DNA of 64,000 nucleotides, from NCBI GenBank assembly GCA_965212265.1, contig CBDBUZ010000007.1, positions 22,349 through 86,348 of the forward strand, given 5' to 3'. Shown here piece by piece: positions 25,812-35,863 of the stretch. Within the stretch, counting starts at the first letter, position 1; every line of letters begins with the position of its first letter. A program made the translations under genes and the position numbers. The notes below the pieces were generated by a model, which worked only from the letters and a program-made list of their open reading frames with translations, was not told the DNA's origin and made no database searches. Source of the stretch: Parasphingopyxis sp. Lineage in GTDB: Bacteria > Pseudomonadota > Alphaproteobacteria > Sphingomonadales > Sphingomonadaceae.

Positions 25812-27122
25812 ATGGCTGATCTCTTTTCTGATGGTTCTGATGAGAGCGGTGAAATCTCAGCAAATGCGCCGCTCGCGGACTTGTTGCGACCGCAAGCACT
25901 GGACGAGGTTGTTGGCCAGGATCACCTGACCGGACCGGACGGCGCCATTGGACGAATGGTCGCGGCCGGCAAGCTCGCCTCGATCATCTTCTGGGGTCCG
26001 CCTGGCACGGGAAAGACAACGATTGCCCGGTTACTTGCCGGTGCGGTGGGTCTCCGCTTCGTCGCCATCTCCGCAGTCTTCTCCGGTGTCGCTGATCTCA
26101 AGAAAGTGTTTGCCGAAGCGCGACAGATGGCCGGCGCAGACAAGCGCACCCTGTTGTTCGTGGATGAGATTCACCGTTTCAATCGCGCGCAGCAGGACGG
26201 GTTCCTGCCCTATGTCGAAGACGGGACTGTGATCCTCGTCGGCGCGACGACCGAGAATCCGTCCTTCGAATTGAATTCGGCCCTGCTCAGCCGCGCCCAG
26301 GTACTGATCCTCAACCGCCTTGACGCAGATGCACTGGACACACTGCTCTCACGTGCCGAAGCGCATCTGGACCGTTCATTACCGGTCACCCAGGATGCCC
26401 GCGACGCGCTGATCGCATCGGCCGATGGCGACGGACGATTTCTCCTCAACCAGGCCGAAACGCTGTTCTCAATGGATCTGAAAGAGGCGCTCGAACCAGC
26501 CGGGCTGGTTGATCTCCTCCATCGTCGCATGCCGGTCTATGACAAGGATCGTGAGGGCCATTACAATCTGATCTCGGCCCTCCACAAGGCGATGCGCGGA
26601 TCCGACCCGCAAGCCTCACTCTACTATCTCGCGCGCATGCTCGTCGCCGGAGAGGAGCCACTCTATGTCCTCCGACGCATTACCCGCTTTGCCAGCGAGG
26701 ATATCGGCCTCGCCGATCCGCAGGCTCTGGTGCAATGCATCGCCGCCAAAGATTGCTACGAGTTTCTCGGCAGCCCGGAAGGGGAACTCGCGATCGTCCA
26801 GGCTTGCCTCTATTGCGCGACCGCACCCAAATCGAATGCGACATATGCTGCACAGAAAGCCGCCTGGAAATCCGCCAAGGAAACCGGCTCCCTGATGCCA
26901 CCGAAAAACATCCTCAACGCCCCCACAAAGCTCATGAAAGAGGTCGGCTATGGCAAGGGCTATGCCTATGACCATGAACGCGAAGATGCGTTTTCAGGCG
27001 ATAATTACTGGCCGGAGGAGATGAACCGGCAGGATTTCTACAAACCATCCCCAAGAGGATTCGAGGCAAAAGTCGCAGAACGACTGGCGTTTTGGGAGAA
27101 GTTACGGATGGAAAGTCGGTAA
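25812..27122 (+). CDS. rarA: Replication-associated recombination protein A (RarA/MgsA)
   Basis: GPPGTGKT, DEIHRFNRAQQD, ISALHKAMRGSD, SEDIGLADP, PKSN. Confidence 0.95.
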   Translation: MADLFSDGSDESGEISANAPLADLLRPQALDEVVGQDHLTGPDGAIGRMVAAGKLASIIFWGPPGTGKTTIARLLAGAVGLRFVAISAVFSGVADLKKVFAEARQMAGADKRTLLFVDEIHRFNRAQQDGFLPYVEDGTVILVGATTENPSFELNSALLSRAQVLILNRLDADALDTLLSRAEAHLDRSLPVTQDARDALIASADGDGRFLLNQAETLFSMDLKEALEPAGLVDLLHRRMPVYDKDREGHYNLISALHKAMRGSDPQASLYYLARMLVAGEEPLYVLRRITRFASEDIGLADPQALVQCIAAKDCYEFLGSPEGELAIVQACLYCATAPKSNATYAAQKAAWKSAKETGSLMPPKNILNAPTKLMKEVGYGKGYAYDHEREDAFSGDNYWPEEMNRQDFYKPSPRGFEAKVAERLAFWEKLRMESR

Positions 27123-27197
27123 AGTGTTAGGCATTGCGGGAAAGTCGGACTATTCTGCTTTCGGCACAAATCAATCTTGCGCAATAGGGGAATTTTC

Positions 27198-28448
27198 ATG
27201 GAGTTCGATCTCAATCGCGACATAGACTGGCCCATGGTCTGGGAATGGGCATTCAAGATCGGCGCGGCCTTGCTGATCCTGCTGATTACACATTTCATCG
27301 CCAAGGCCGTAAAATGGGGCATCGCCCGGATGGTCGACAAGATCCCGGCACTCCAAAAACACAGCGACGCGCAGCCGAGTGAAACGGTTGGCAGCCAAAT
27401 AGGCACCCTCGCCTATTGGATCGTTTGGTTGGTTGGCCTCGTGGTCGCACTCCAGCCGCTGGAGCTATCCGGCGTACTCGATCCGGTGCGGGAGCTGACG
27501 CTCGAAATCTTCAGCTATCTGGACAATCTGCTTGGTGCCGGACTGATAATGTTCTTCGGCTTCATCTTTGCTACGATAGTCCGGCGCATTGTCGAAACCG
27601 GGCTCATGGCAGTCAACGCCGATGGCTGGTTTGCGAGAGCTGGTGTTACGGAAATCACCGGTGCTGATGATGCCCCGGCGAAAGACGATGACCATACGAC
27701 GCTGAGCTCCGCGCTAGGTATCGTCGCATTCGTGCTGATCATTATCCCAGTGGCAACTGCTGCGCTTGATGTGTTGAATCTCGATTCAATATCCGCGCCG
27801 CTTATCCAGATACTCAATGACGTAGCGCACTTCTTGCCGCGGGCAATCGCTGCAGCGCTCATCCTTGGCACGGCCTATTTCATTGGTCGCTGGGTCAAAG
27901 GTTGGTTGCAGCAACTCATGGAAGCGCTCGGCGTCGACAATGCCGCATCGGGTTCAGGCCTGGTGCCGTCGAGCGTCAAGGTGAGCCGCGTTCTGGGCAC
28001 GATCACCTTAACGGCGATCATGCTGGTCTCGACGGTCGCTGCAATCGAGGTGCTGGAAATCAGCTCGGTCCAGGCCATGGTAACGGAAGTTGTTGCCTTG
28101 GGCAGCCGGGTGATTTTCGGCCTGGTCATCATTGGAGTTGGCGTCTTGCTGGCGCGGTTGCTGTCTGGCCTGATGGCGAGTTCGACCGGCGAAACAGCGG
28201 GACTGCTTCCGACCCTCCTCAAATGGCTGATCATCGCGCTGTTCGCTGCGATGGGCCTGAAGTTCATGCAGATTGCCGACGAAATCGTGATCATCGCATT
28301 TGCGGCGATCCTCGGTTCTGCGGCAGTGGCCGCGGCCATCGCCTTCGGGCTTGGCGGTCGGCCAACGGCGCATAAACTTCTCGAGCGCTGGACGGAAGGC
28401 AAAGCCAACCGGAGCAATCCGGGGGACAAGACGCCTCCGGGCATCTAG
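27198..28448 (+). CDS. Conserved TM-helix repeat / mechanosensitive channel-like membrane protein
   Basis: Repeated hydrophobic helices; C-terminal IAFAAILGSAAVAAAIAFGLGGR. Confidence 0.75.
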   Translation: MEFDLNRDIDWPMVWEWAFKIGAALLILLITHFIAKAVKWGIARMVDKIPALQKHSDAQPSETVGSQIGTLAYWIVWLVGLVVALQPLELSGVLDPVRELTLEIFSYLDNLLGAGLIMFFGFIFATIVRRIVETGLMAVNADGWFARAGVTEITGADDAPAKDDDHTTLSSALGIVAFVLIIIPVATAALDVLNLDSISAPLIQILNDVAHFLPRAIAAALILGTAYFIGRWVKGWLQQLMEALGVDNAASGSGLVPSSVKVSRVLGTITLTAIMLVSTVAAIEVLEISSVQAMVTEVVALGSRVIFGLVIIGVGVLLARLLSGLMASSTGETAGLLPTLLKWLIIALFAAMGLKFMQIADEIVIIAFAAILGSAAVAAAIAFGLGGRPTAHKLLERWTEGKANRSNPGDKTPPGI

Positions 28449-28460
28449 GCCCGAGAAGAG

Positions 28461-29342
28461 GTGCGCCGCTTTCGCCACTTTGCCTGTTTCGACTGGTCGG
28501 GACAGGCGGTGGAGAAGCCCAAGGGCATCGCTTTGGCAATAGCAAGGGCGGGTGCGCAAGCGCCCGCCCTTGTTGCATCCGACACCTATTGGTCGCGCCA
28601 GACCGCGCTGACATGGCTTGAAGACCAGGCAGACGCGCAGACCGATATGGTGATCGGCTTCGATTTTTCCGCCGCCCTGCCCTTTGCCGATCGCGGCGGA
28701 TATTTTCCGAGCTGGGCGAACACTCCAGGCAGTGCCAAGTCTCTTTGGGAGGCGATTGATACTATCTGCGCGGATGACCCGCACCTGTCCGCCACGGGTG
28801 CCTGTGATCACCCAGCACTGGCCCCCTATTTCCGCTACCAAAAAGGCCGCGAAACGATAACCGGCGATCAGTTCGAAGCAGGGCTCGGTCGCCTGCGCCT
28901 GACTGAACAGCGCTGCCGCGCTCAGAAGCAAGGCAATGCGGTGTCCTGTTTCAATCTTGTTGGCGCGGCACAGGTCGGCAAATCGAGCCTCACCGGAATG
29001 CGGGTTTTGCATCGGCTAGGCGGGAAGATCCCGGTCTGGCCATTTGATCCGATCCCCAAGACCGGCCCGATGCTGGTGGAAATCTACACTGGCTTGGCAG
29101 CCCGGGCAGCCGGGCTTGCCGGGCCCACCAAAGTTCGGGACGCCGCCTCACTGGACCGCGCACTGGATGCTCTGGGAACCCAACCGCACACGCCCCTTCC
29201 CGCCTATGACGATCACCGCACCGACGCGCTCCTGACGACTGCCTGGCTCCGCATGGCGGCGGGCGACGCAGCGTTGTGGCAGCCAGCCAGACTGACCGAA
29301 CAAATAGCGCAACAAGAGGGCTGGACCTTCGGCGTGCGATGA
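28461..29342 (+). CDS. Hypothetical protein, possibly DUF429/RNase H-like fold
   Basis: FDWSG, IGFDFS, VEIY, DDHRTDA acidic pattern; coding-like composition. Confidence 0.6.
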   Translation: MRRFRHFACFDWSGQAVEKPKGIALAIARAGAQAPALVASDTYWSRQTALTWLEDQADAQTDMVIGFDFSAALPFADRGGYFPSWANTPGSAKSLWEAIDTICADDPHLSATGACDHPALAPYFRYQKGRETITGDQFEAGLGRLRLTEQRCRAQKQGNAVSCFNLVGAAQVGKSSLTGMRVLHRLGGKIPVWPFDPIPKTGPMLVEIYTGLAARAAGLAGPTKVRDAASLDRALDALGTQPHTPLPAYDDHRTDALLTTAWLRMAAGDAALWQPARLTEQIAQQEGWTFGVR

Positions 29343-29367
29343 CGCATGGGGGCTCCGCAGAGCCTGT

Positions 29368-29443
29368 GCCGGATTAGCTCAGCTGGTAGAGCAACCGCCT
29401 TGTAAGCGGTAGGTCGTCCGTTCGAGTCGGACATCCGGCACCA
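29368..29443 (+). tRNA. trnT: tRNA-Thr (TGT)
   Basis: 76-nt cloverleaf GCCGGATTAGCTCAGCTGGTAGAGC-ACCGC-CTTGTAA-GCGGT...GTTCGAG...CCGGCACCA. Confidence 0.97.
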
Positions 29444-29452
29444 CCCAGTTCC
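29432..29452 (+). repeat. att-like direct repeat, left copy
   Basis: CATCCGGCACCACCCAGTTCC overlapping the tRNA-Thr 3' end. Confidence 0.8.
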
Positions 29453-29479
29453 ATGCTCTCAGTCCGCAAGCGGCTATGC

Positions 29480-29724
29480 GACACGCCTCCCCCGCGACAG
29501 TCGATCGAGTTGATCGTCCAATCCTGGGATACAGGCTATGACATTCACGAGCGCCATAATTAATCGGTCTGCACGACTTGGGCGATTTCGGGGAAGAGTT
29601 ATCAGAATTTCCGCACGGAAAGCACGACGATCAAATTGATAGTGTTGTGCAGTTTCTAGCCGCGACTGACATCGGAAAGCGACGCTTGATGGCTGAGGCC
29701 GACCAAGCTCGATACTGTCGATAG
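29480..29724 (+). pseudogene. Phage-type terminase large subunit C-terminal remnant
   Basis: IVQSWDTG...N*SVCTTW (TAA at 29561) then, in another frame, DFGEELSEFPHGKHDDQIDSVVQFL. Confidence 0.75.
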
Positions 29725-29825
29725 GCGGCTGGCTCGAGTATCCCGATAATGTGCTTTATGTGAATATCGGCTTCCTACTAGGTATCGGCTTTCCGGTTGA
29801 AATGAGCATTCCATGAAGATGCGGA

Positions 29826-30857
29826 TCATCCATTCCGCTCGACGAAACCGCTCGGGCTCTCCTCCGACCATCGCTTGAAGGCGCGTGAGAATGCGCTTGG
29901 GTCTGAAAACCCAACGAGATAGGCAGCCTCGTTGATCGTCACCTTGCCGCCACGTAGATAATCCATAGCGAGACGCTGGCGCAGATTATCCAGCACCTCC
30001 CGGAACCCCACGCCCTCGGCACGCAAGGCGCGATAGAGGGCTTGCTCGTTCATACCCAGATCAGCAGCGACATTGGCCAGCGACACATTTCCGGTGTGCA
30101 AACTCGGTATCAGCTTCGCTTCGACCTCCGCACGAACGGTCTGCATAGCTTGGAGCTCGGCAAGCAGGTCATCTGCCTGGCGCCGCAGCATGCCGAAGAC
30201 ATAGTTGCGTTTGGGATTGAGCTTGAGCTCCAACAAAGACGGATCAATTTCCATCGCATTATGTGCGCAATCAAATTCGACCGGGACGCCGAGCAACTCC
30301 TCGTACAAATCGGCATAGTCCGGTTTTGCATGGGTCACCTGGGCCGATCGATAATATCCGCGATCGGGGAAGAAACGGTTCACCCCGCAGATAAAGCGTC
30401 CAAGTGTCGATTCGGTCAGCTCGGGGAAGCTGCCCGGGTTCATCCGACTATCATCGAGCCATAACTTCTTATCGCGGCGGACTACGTGAAAGCGGCCATT
30501 GGCGCCGACACTCTCCACCTCAATGATCAGCCGGCCATAGCGATTAAGCTGCGCAAAAGCGTCTTCCATGGTCGGTGCTGCGCGGGAGATCAGCCCGACC
30601 AGGGATAGCTGGTCGAAGGAAATCTGTGCTCCAAAATAGAGCGCCAGAGCCGGTTCGCCCGAAAGCGATTTCGCCGACCGCATCAGCTGCTTGAATTTTG
30701 AAAAGGCAATCCGAGCATGCGCATCTTCAAATGCGTCTGCGCCAAGCTTTACTGACCGAAGTAGCGCGTCCGGATCGGCCCCCTTCTCGACTGCCAGATC
30801 GAACAGGGCCTTTGCATAACCGGCAGATACCGATGGTCCGTTCATATCATCGGCCAC
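29826..30857 (-). CDS. AraC family transcriptional regulator
   Basis: C-terminal AYLVGFSDPSAFSRAFKRW; Arabinose_bd_2-type N-terminus. Confidence 0.92.
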   Translation of the reverse strand: MADDMNGPSVSAGYAKALFDLAVEKGADPDALLRSVKLGADAFEDAHARIAFSKFKQLMRSAKSLSGEPALALYFGAQISFDQLSLVGLISRAAPTMEDAFAQLNRYGRLIIEVESVGANGRFHVVRRDKKLWLDDSRMNPGSFPELTESTLGRFICGVNRFFPDRGYYRSAQVTHAKPDYADLYEELLGVPVEFDCAHNAMEIDPSLLELKLNPKRNYVFGMLRRQADDLLAELQAMQTVRAEVEAKLIPSLHTGNVSLANVAADLGMNEQALYRALRAEGVGFREVLDNLRQRLAMDYLRGGKVTINEAAYLVGFSDPSAFSRAFKRWSEESPSGFVERNG

Positions 30858-30975
30858 CCAAACAGCACTTGCACATGTCAGTTTCGATCATGGATTTGAT
30901 GGCTGGGGTCATGGGCTTCCATTTCGAGTGATTTATGTAGGTAACACAGTAATAACGATCCGTGAAGGAATAGCG

Positions 30976-31803
30976 ATGACCAGTATTGTGGCGACCAGCG
31001 CACAATCCGCCTCTCTCCCAACTGCAAAAAAAATGCTCTCCTGGGCGGCGTCTGCCTGGCTTGTGGTCACGGCGATTGGCCAGTGGATCTTCGTTGTCTA
31101 TGTCGCGGGTTTCTACCTTCCGATAATTGCACGCCTCGGCCTACCCGGGCTCGATGAAACCCATCTTCCCGATGGCTATGTCCCCGGTGATATTGCCGGA
31201 AACCTGGCGATTGGTGCACATCTTGTAATCGCGATCATCATCATCGGCCTGGGCCCGCTGCAACTGATGGCGCCGATACGCAACCGCTATCCGCGATTTC
31301 ACCGATGGGTCGGGCGCATCTATATGGCGACCGCGCTCATAACCAGTCTGGCGGGGCTGTTCCTTGTGTGGACCCGAGGCGTGCTGGGCGGCGTGCCGGG
31401 GCATCTCGCGATCAGCCTCGATGGCATCCTGATCATTCTCTTCGGCACGATTGCTGTGCGCCATGCCCTTGCGCGTCGGATCGACAAGCATCGCGATTGG
31501 GCATTGCGCCTCTTTGTCGTGGTCAGTGCCGTTTGGTTCTTCCGGATTGGCATGATGGCCTGGATTGTTCTAACAGGCGGCCTGGGAATCGACTTCGAAA
31601 CCTTCACCGGACCGTTTCTCACCTTCTGGTTTTTTGGCCAGATGCTGGTCCCGCTGGCGATAATGGAACTCTATATCCGCGCCCGGAATTCTCGCAGCGC
31701 CACACTCAAATATTCGGCAACCGGGATGATCGGCGTCTCCACGTTGGTCATGATGTTCGGCATCGGCGCTGCAACCATGGGCATGTGGTTACCAAGACTA
31801 TGA
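30976..31803 (+). CDS. DUF2306-like membrane protein
   Basis: LGPLQLM...RFHRWVGRIY, IDKHRDWALRLF; divergent from AraC. Confidence 0.8.
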   Translation: MTSIVATSAQSASLPTAKKMLSWAASAWLVVTAIGQWIFVVYVAGFYLPIIARLGLPGLDETHLPDGYVPGDIAGNLAIGAHLVIAIIIIGLGPLQLMAPIRNRYPRFHRWVGRIYMATALITSLAGLFLVWTRGVLGGVPGHLAISLDGILIILFGTIAVRHALARRIDKHRDWALRLFVVVSAVWFFRIGMMAWIVLTGGLGIDFETFTGPFLTFWFFGQMLVPLAIMELYIRARNSRSATLKYSATGMIGVSTLVMMFGIGAATMGMWLPRL

Positions 31804-31878
31804 CATCCCATGCCGCCAAAATACCCAGCCTCGCCAACTGCCGACAATCTTGAGATAGGTGCGAGCACCTGAAAAACA

Positions 31879-32085
31879 TCAATCGGGGACATAGTCGATC
31901 AGATCACCCGGCGCACAATCAAGCACCTTGCAGATTTTGTTGAGAGTCTCGAGTTTGACGCCCTTCACATTTCCAGATTTTAGCTTTGAGAGATTGGCCT
32001 CGGTCATCCCTATCAACTGCGCGAGTTGTTTCGAGCGCATTTTCCGACGGGCCAGCATGACATCAAGTGTTATCACTATCGCCAT
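31879..32085 (-). CDS. XRE/Cro HTH regulator (YozG-like)
   Basis: MAIVITLDVMLARRKM...NLSKLKSG...ICKVLDCAPGDL. Confidence 0.9.
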   Translation of the reverse strand: MAIVITLDVMLARRKMRSKQLAQLIGMTEANLSKLKSGNVKGVKLETLNKICKVLDCAPGDLIDYVPD

Positions 32086-32087
32086 GA

Positions 32088-32612
32088 TCAGACATACTCT
32101 CGGATTTCTTCGCCATGGCGATACCCTTCTTCGATCAGATACGTAGCCAGATAGATTATCGCGGCGGCAAACAGCACGATCATATGGCTCACTGACAATC
32201 CGAGATGCGTCCACAAAGGCGCGTCGTCAAACACACCCATTGCCCATCTCAATACCCCGCTTAACAAAAATGCCGTAACTGCCGTGAGCACGGAATAGGT
32301 ACAAAATGCTCGTAGGTGGCGGATCGTCTGGATCGCTACCATCTGTGTCCGACTATATTGGCGAAACATCCAAAACAGATGCCAGAGCGCACCGAGCGAA
32401 AAGAGCACCGGAACACAAACTGCTGCGAACCCGGCCAATCGTCGTTCAGGTACCGGAGCGAGCTCGTGCAGGACGATGAAGTTTCCGCCCAGGCGATTAA
32501 TGCCGAACCCCCAAAAGGTAATCACCGCGCTCACAATCACAATGGCAATCACAGGGATTGCGATCAGAAAACCTCTGCACGCGAGTTTGACCAGGGGTTT
32601 GGAGTCGAACAT
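32088..32612 (-). CDS. DUF2975-like membrane protein
   Basis: Four TM helices directly upstream of YozG-like HTH, the usual pairing. Confidence 0.7.
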   Translation of the reverse strand: MFDSKPLVKLACRGFLIAIPVIAIVIVSAVITFWGFGINRLGGNFIVLHELAPVPERRLAGFAAVCVPVLFSLGALWHLFWMFRQYSRTQMVAIQTIRHLRAFCTYSVLTAVTAFLLSGVLRWAMGVFDDAPLWTHLGLSVSHMIVLFAAAIIYLATYLIEEGYRHGEEIREYV

Positions 32613-32716
32613 GTCACCGCCTTATTGTTGTTTTATTATCATTATACGATAATTTATTGTTGATCTGATCATATTCTGATCGCATGAATGGATCAAGAAT
32701 GAAGTTGGCTGAGTAG

Positions 32717-33466
32717 GTGAATTGGTGGGGGAGCGCGGTGCATGTACTGGGAAGTCTGCTGATCTGGAATGGTGTATTCCTTGCCTTAGGCGTTATCGGA
32801 GCGGTCCTTTGGCGACACTCCGTCAGCATAAGATGGTTTGCCGCATCGCTGCTCCTGTTCAATTTCAACGTCGCACTTGTGCTCGATATGTTTGGTATTG
32901 GCGCACTTGTATCCAACATGCTCGGGCTCGACGGTCTGGCATATAACTGGGTGGGTAAAGCGCTCGCTCTCGCGGCGTCACTCGGAATTGTCATTGCCGG
33001 TTTTGTTCCGGCGAAGCCCATAGGCTTCACCTTCGAACAATCGCAGCATGCGCGGTGGGGTTGGGGATTGGTAGTTTTTATGTTTGCGCTATCGATTGTC
33101 GTTGGTTGGCTTGTTCCCGACGAACCACAAACCATGGAAACCATTGCCTATCAAATGACTATGCCAAGCCTCGAGGAAGAGCTCTTCTATCGCGGTATCC
33201 TGCTCTACTGCCTCGTCCGGGCATTCGGTGACGGCTCGCCGTTTCTCAATGCGAATTTTGGTTACGCCGCTCTGGTATCAACGGTGGTATTCACGATCAT
33301 CCATGGTGTTTTCTGGAGTATGGACGGATTAGTCTTGTCCGCCGATGCACTGCTCTTTGCTGGAATATTTGGAATACTACTCATGTGGTTACGCCTCAAT
33401 ACAGGAAACCTTTTGGCCGCGATTCTGTTGCACAGCATCATCAACACCGTTTGGCGTCTGGTTTGA
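32717..33466 (+). CDS. CPBP (CAAX/Abi) intramembrane metalloprotease
   Basis: EEELFYRG, FTIIH, AILLHSIIN. Confidence 0.88.
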   Translation: MNWWGSAVHVLGSLLIWNGVFLALGVIGAVLWRHSVSIRWFAASLLLFNFNVALVLDMFGIGALVSNMLGLDGLAYNWVGKALALAASLGIVIAGFVPAKPIGFTFEQSQHARWGWGLVVFMFALSIVVGWLVPDEPQTMETIAYQMTMPSLEEELFYRGILLYCLVRAFGDGSPFLNANFGYAALVSTVVFTIIHGVFWSMDGLVLSADALLFAGIFGILLMWLRLNTGNLLAAILLHSIINTVWRLV

Positions 33467-33495
33467 AAGTCCGCTTTGCGCGCGTAGCGGGCATT
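33467..33495. repeat. GTCCGCT...AGCGG hairpin repeat copy 1
   Basis: AAGTCCGCTTTGCGCGCGTAGCGGGCATT between converging CPBP and kinase stops. Confidence 0.7.
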
Positions 33496-33502
33496 CGCCT
33501 TC

Positions 33503-35863
33503 TCAATCTTCCAGTGATGGGCAATCTCCGATCCGTTCAAGCATCGGCACCATTCGATAGCGGGCGCTTGTCATGGGCAACTCATCGCGATCTTCGAAGT
33601 CGCGCATGACCTGGAGCGAAAACCGCATCAGCTTACACGCTTCCTCGCGGTCACCGATCTGCCAAAACACGTTAGAGGCTTCCTGCAGTCGGTGCGCATA
33701 ACGCATAGGCGTCGCCAATCCATTGCGGCCAGGCCACTCACTCCTGTTGGCATGGTCGAGGCCGATTTCCAGCATCTGCCGGGCTTCTTGATTGCGGCCA
33801 AGTGAAGCTGCCGTGTCCGCTCGGGTCAGCACTAATATTCCCAACGTCCTTTGAAGGTCATGATCATTCGGATCGGCGTCTCTCGCCGCTGCTGTCGAGG
33901 CGAAGACCGAGCGCAACACGCGATCCGCCAAGGCGGGTTGCTCGAGCATCAGATAGGTCTTTGCTAGATTTATGGAGATGGTCGCTAACTGCCTCTGCGC
34001 TGCAGGCGAGGAGCCGTTACTTGTTATGAAATCTCGTTGTGACTGCAATACCCGTTCAAAGCCGGCAATCGCCCCTTCGATATCGCCATCGACAATACGC
34101 AGTCCGGCAAGCAGGTGTCGCAGATCGATATAGGCATGCCGGATATCAGCAGATCGCTGCATTTCTTCTGGTGCTGCATTCACAATTTCCACCGCTCGTT
34201 CAAAAGCACGGCGGGTCCCCTCGATATCATCATTGCAACACCCCCGCGCATCGCCAAGATAGCGTAATGCTCGGACCTGCATCGCAACACTTTCAATCGT
34301 TGGTGTCTGCACCTCGTCCAGAAGATTGCGAGCTCGTTCAGCGTGACCAAGCGCCCCATGCGTATCGACATAAGTGAGCAGTTTATCGCGCGCTAAGCTT
34401 ATATGGACATTCGCCAATGGCAATCGAATCTCGTCGCCGGGTGCTTCATTATAGAGAGGTTCCAGTATTTCGGCGGCTCGCTCAAACAGCGCCAGACCCT
34501 CTGCAAGCTGGCCAATATTGCCGCTCGCCAGTGAACCCGTCACCGTCGCAAGTCGATAATAACCACGCCCCGCGGCCAAGCGCGTCTCAAGCGAGGCATC
34601 CGGATTGTTGGCCAGCGATTCCAGATATCGTTGTGCTGTCTGCGCAACGGTCAGGCGCGCCTTGGTGGCACCTGGAACTTCGCTCACGCGATCAAAAACA
34701 TCGAACATCATAATGTTGGCGAGGTCGCGCGTTTCAGAGAGCCGCTGTTCTGCCTCGGCGCGCGCGATATCGGTTTCTCTATATGCGGCGGACACCAATA
34801 CTAGCGCCGCAAAAACCGCAACGAAAACCGCCGCCACGGCTCCGGCTAATAGACGCTGACGGCGGACGAGCTTCCAGAAGAAATAGGACGGCCTGCCGTG
34901 GATCGCAGAGACCGGGCGATGATCACGGTGATTGTCGATATCCTCGATCAATGCTGAAACCGACGGATAACGATCATCCGGTTCGATTGAGGCCGCTTTG
35001 TTGGCAATCGCGATCAACTCGGTATCGCTTTTTTCGCCGATCAGTATTTTGAGCAGCATACCAAGTGAATAGGTGTCGGTCAGAGTATTGGCGGGTCCAC
35101 CGGATCGCTGTTCCGGGGCCGCAAACCCCGGTGTGTGGTCGGCTTGGCTGGGCTGCGCTAGATTGTCAGACTCTTCCGGCTTTGCGATACCGAAATCAAT
35201 GAGTTTGACTTGATTCTCGTCAGTTACAAGAATGTTAGGCGGGGTTAGGTCGCGGTGCACGACCAAGTGTTGATGAGCCGCTTCTACGGCACGGCAGATC
35301 TGGCGGAAGACCCAAATCCTGGTTTCAAGGTCACGCTCTGCAGCGTTCAGCCATTTGTCGAGCGATAGGCCGCTGACATATTCCATTACGAGATAAGGCG
35401 ATCCTTGGTCCGTCTCTCCGCCATCGAACAATCGCGCAATATTGGGATGATTGAGGTCGGCGAGTGTCTGCCGCTCACGACGAAATCGCTCGACGATTTC
35501 AGGATTGATCAACTGTTGTTTGACTACCTTGATCGCAACAATGTGATCGAAGTCTTTGGCGGCTCGTTCGGCAAGATAGACATTGCCCATACCACCGCGT
35601 CCAATAAGACGTAATATTCGGTACGCTCCGAGTTCGTCGGGGACATCATCTTCGATATCACTAAGGAAGGGAGCTCCCCCGGTTTGCAATGACTTGCGAG
35701 GTTCATCGCCTCCCTGCAGTAGCTTTAACACACGGCCCTTTGTTGCCTCGTCCAAATCATCGCGGACCAAGACTGATGCTTCACGATCAGCAGGTGGTTG
35801 ATCCAGTGCGCGCTCTAGAGCCTCTAACACCATCCGTTCGTTCGCCGCGTCGGTTCGGCTCAT
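33503..35863 (-). CDS. Membrane Ser/Thr protein kinase with C-terminal TPR-like domain
   Basis: GRGGMGNVY, VAIK, HRDLTPPN, DFG, APEQ; TM helix; helical C-terminal domain. Confidence 0.92.
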   Translation of the reverse strand: MSRTDAANERMVLEALERALDQPPADREASVLVRDDLDEATKGRVLKLLQGGDEPRKSLQTGGAPFLSDIEDDVPDELGAYRILRLIGRGGMGNVYLAERAAKDFDHIVAIKVVKQQLINPEIVERFRRERQTLADLNHPNIARLFDGGETDQGSPYLVMEYVSGLSLDKWLNAAERDLETRIWVFRQICRAVEAAHQHLVVHRDLTPPNILVTDENQVKLIDFGIAKPEESDNLAQPSQADHTPGFAAPEQRSGGPANTLTDTYSLGMLLKILIGEKSDTELIAIANKAASIEPDDRYPSVSALIEDIDNHRDHRPVSAIHGRPSYFFWKLVRRQRLLAGAVAAVFVAVFAALVLVSAAYRETDIARAEAEQRLSETRDLANIMMFDVFDRVSEVPGATKARLTVAQTAQRYLESLANNPDASLETRLAAGRGYYRLATVTGSLASGNIGQLAEGLALFERAAEILEPLYNEAPGDEIRLPLANVHISLARDKLLTYVDTHGALGHAERARNLLDEVQTPTIESVAMQVRALRYLGDARGCCNDDIEGTRRAFERAVEIVNAAPEEMQRSADIRHAYIDLRHLLAGLRIVDGDIEGAIAGFERVLQSQRDFITSNGSSPAAQRQLATISINLAKTYLMLEQPALADRVLRSVFASTAAARDADPNDHDLQRTLGILVLTRADTAASLGRNQEARQMLEIGLDHANRSEWPGRNGLATPMRYAHRLQEASNVFWQIGDREEACKLMRFSLQVMRDFEDRDELPMTSARYRMVPMLERIGDCPSLED

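Noticed and set aside
29461-29475. AGTCCGCAAGCGGCT, possible collapsed hairpin copy after the tRNA
   Set aside because: Too short, and it lies in the frame of the terminase relic; not counted.
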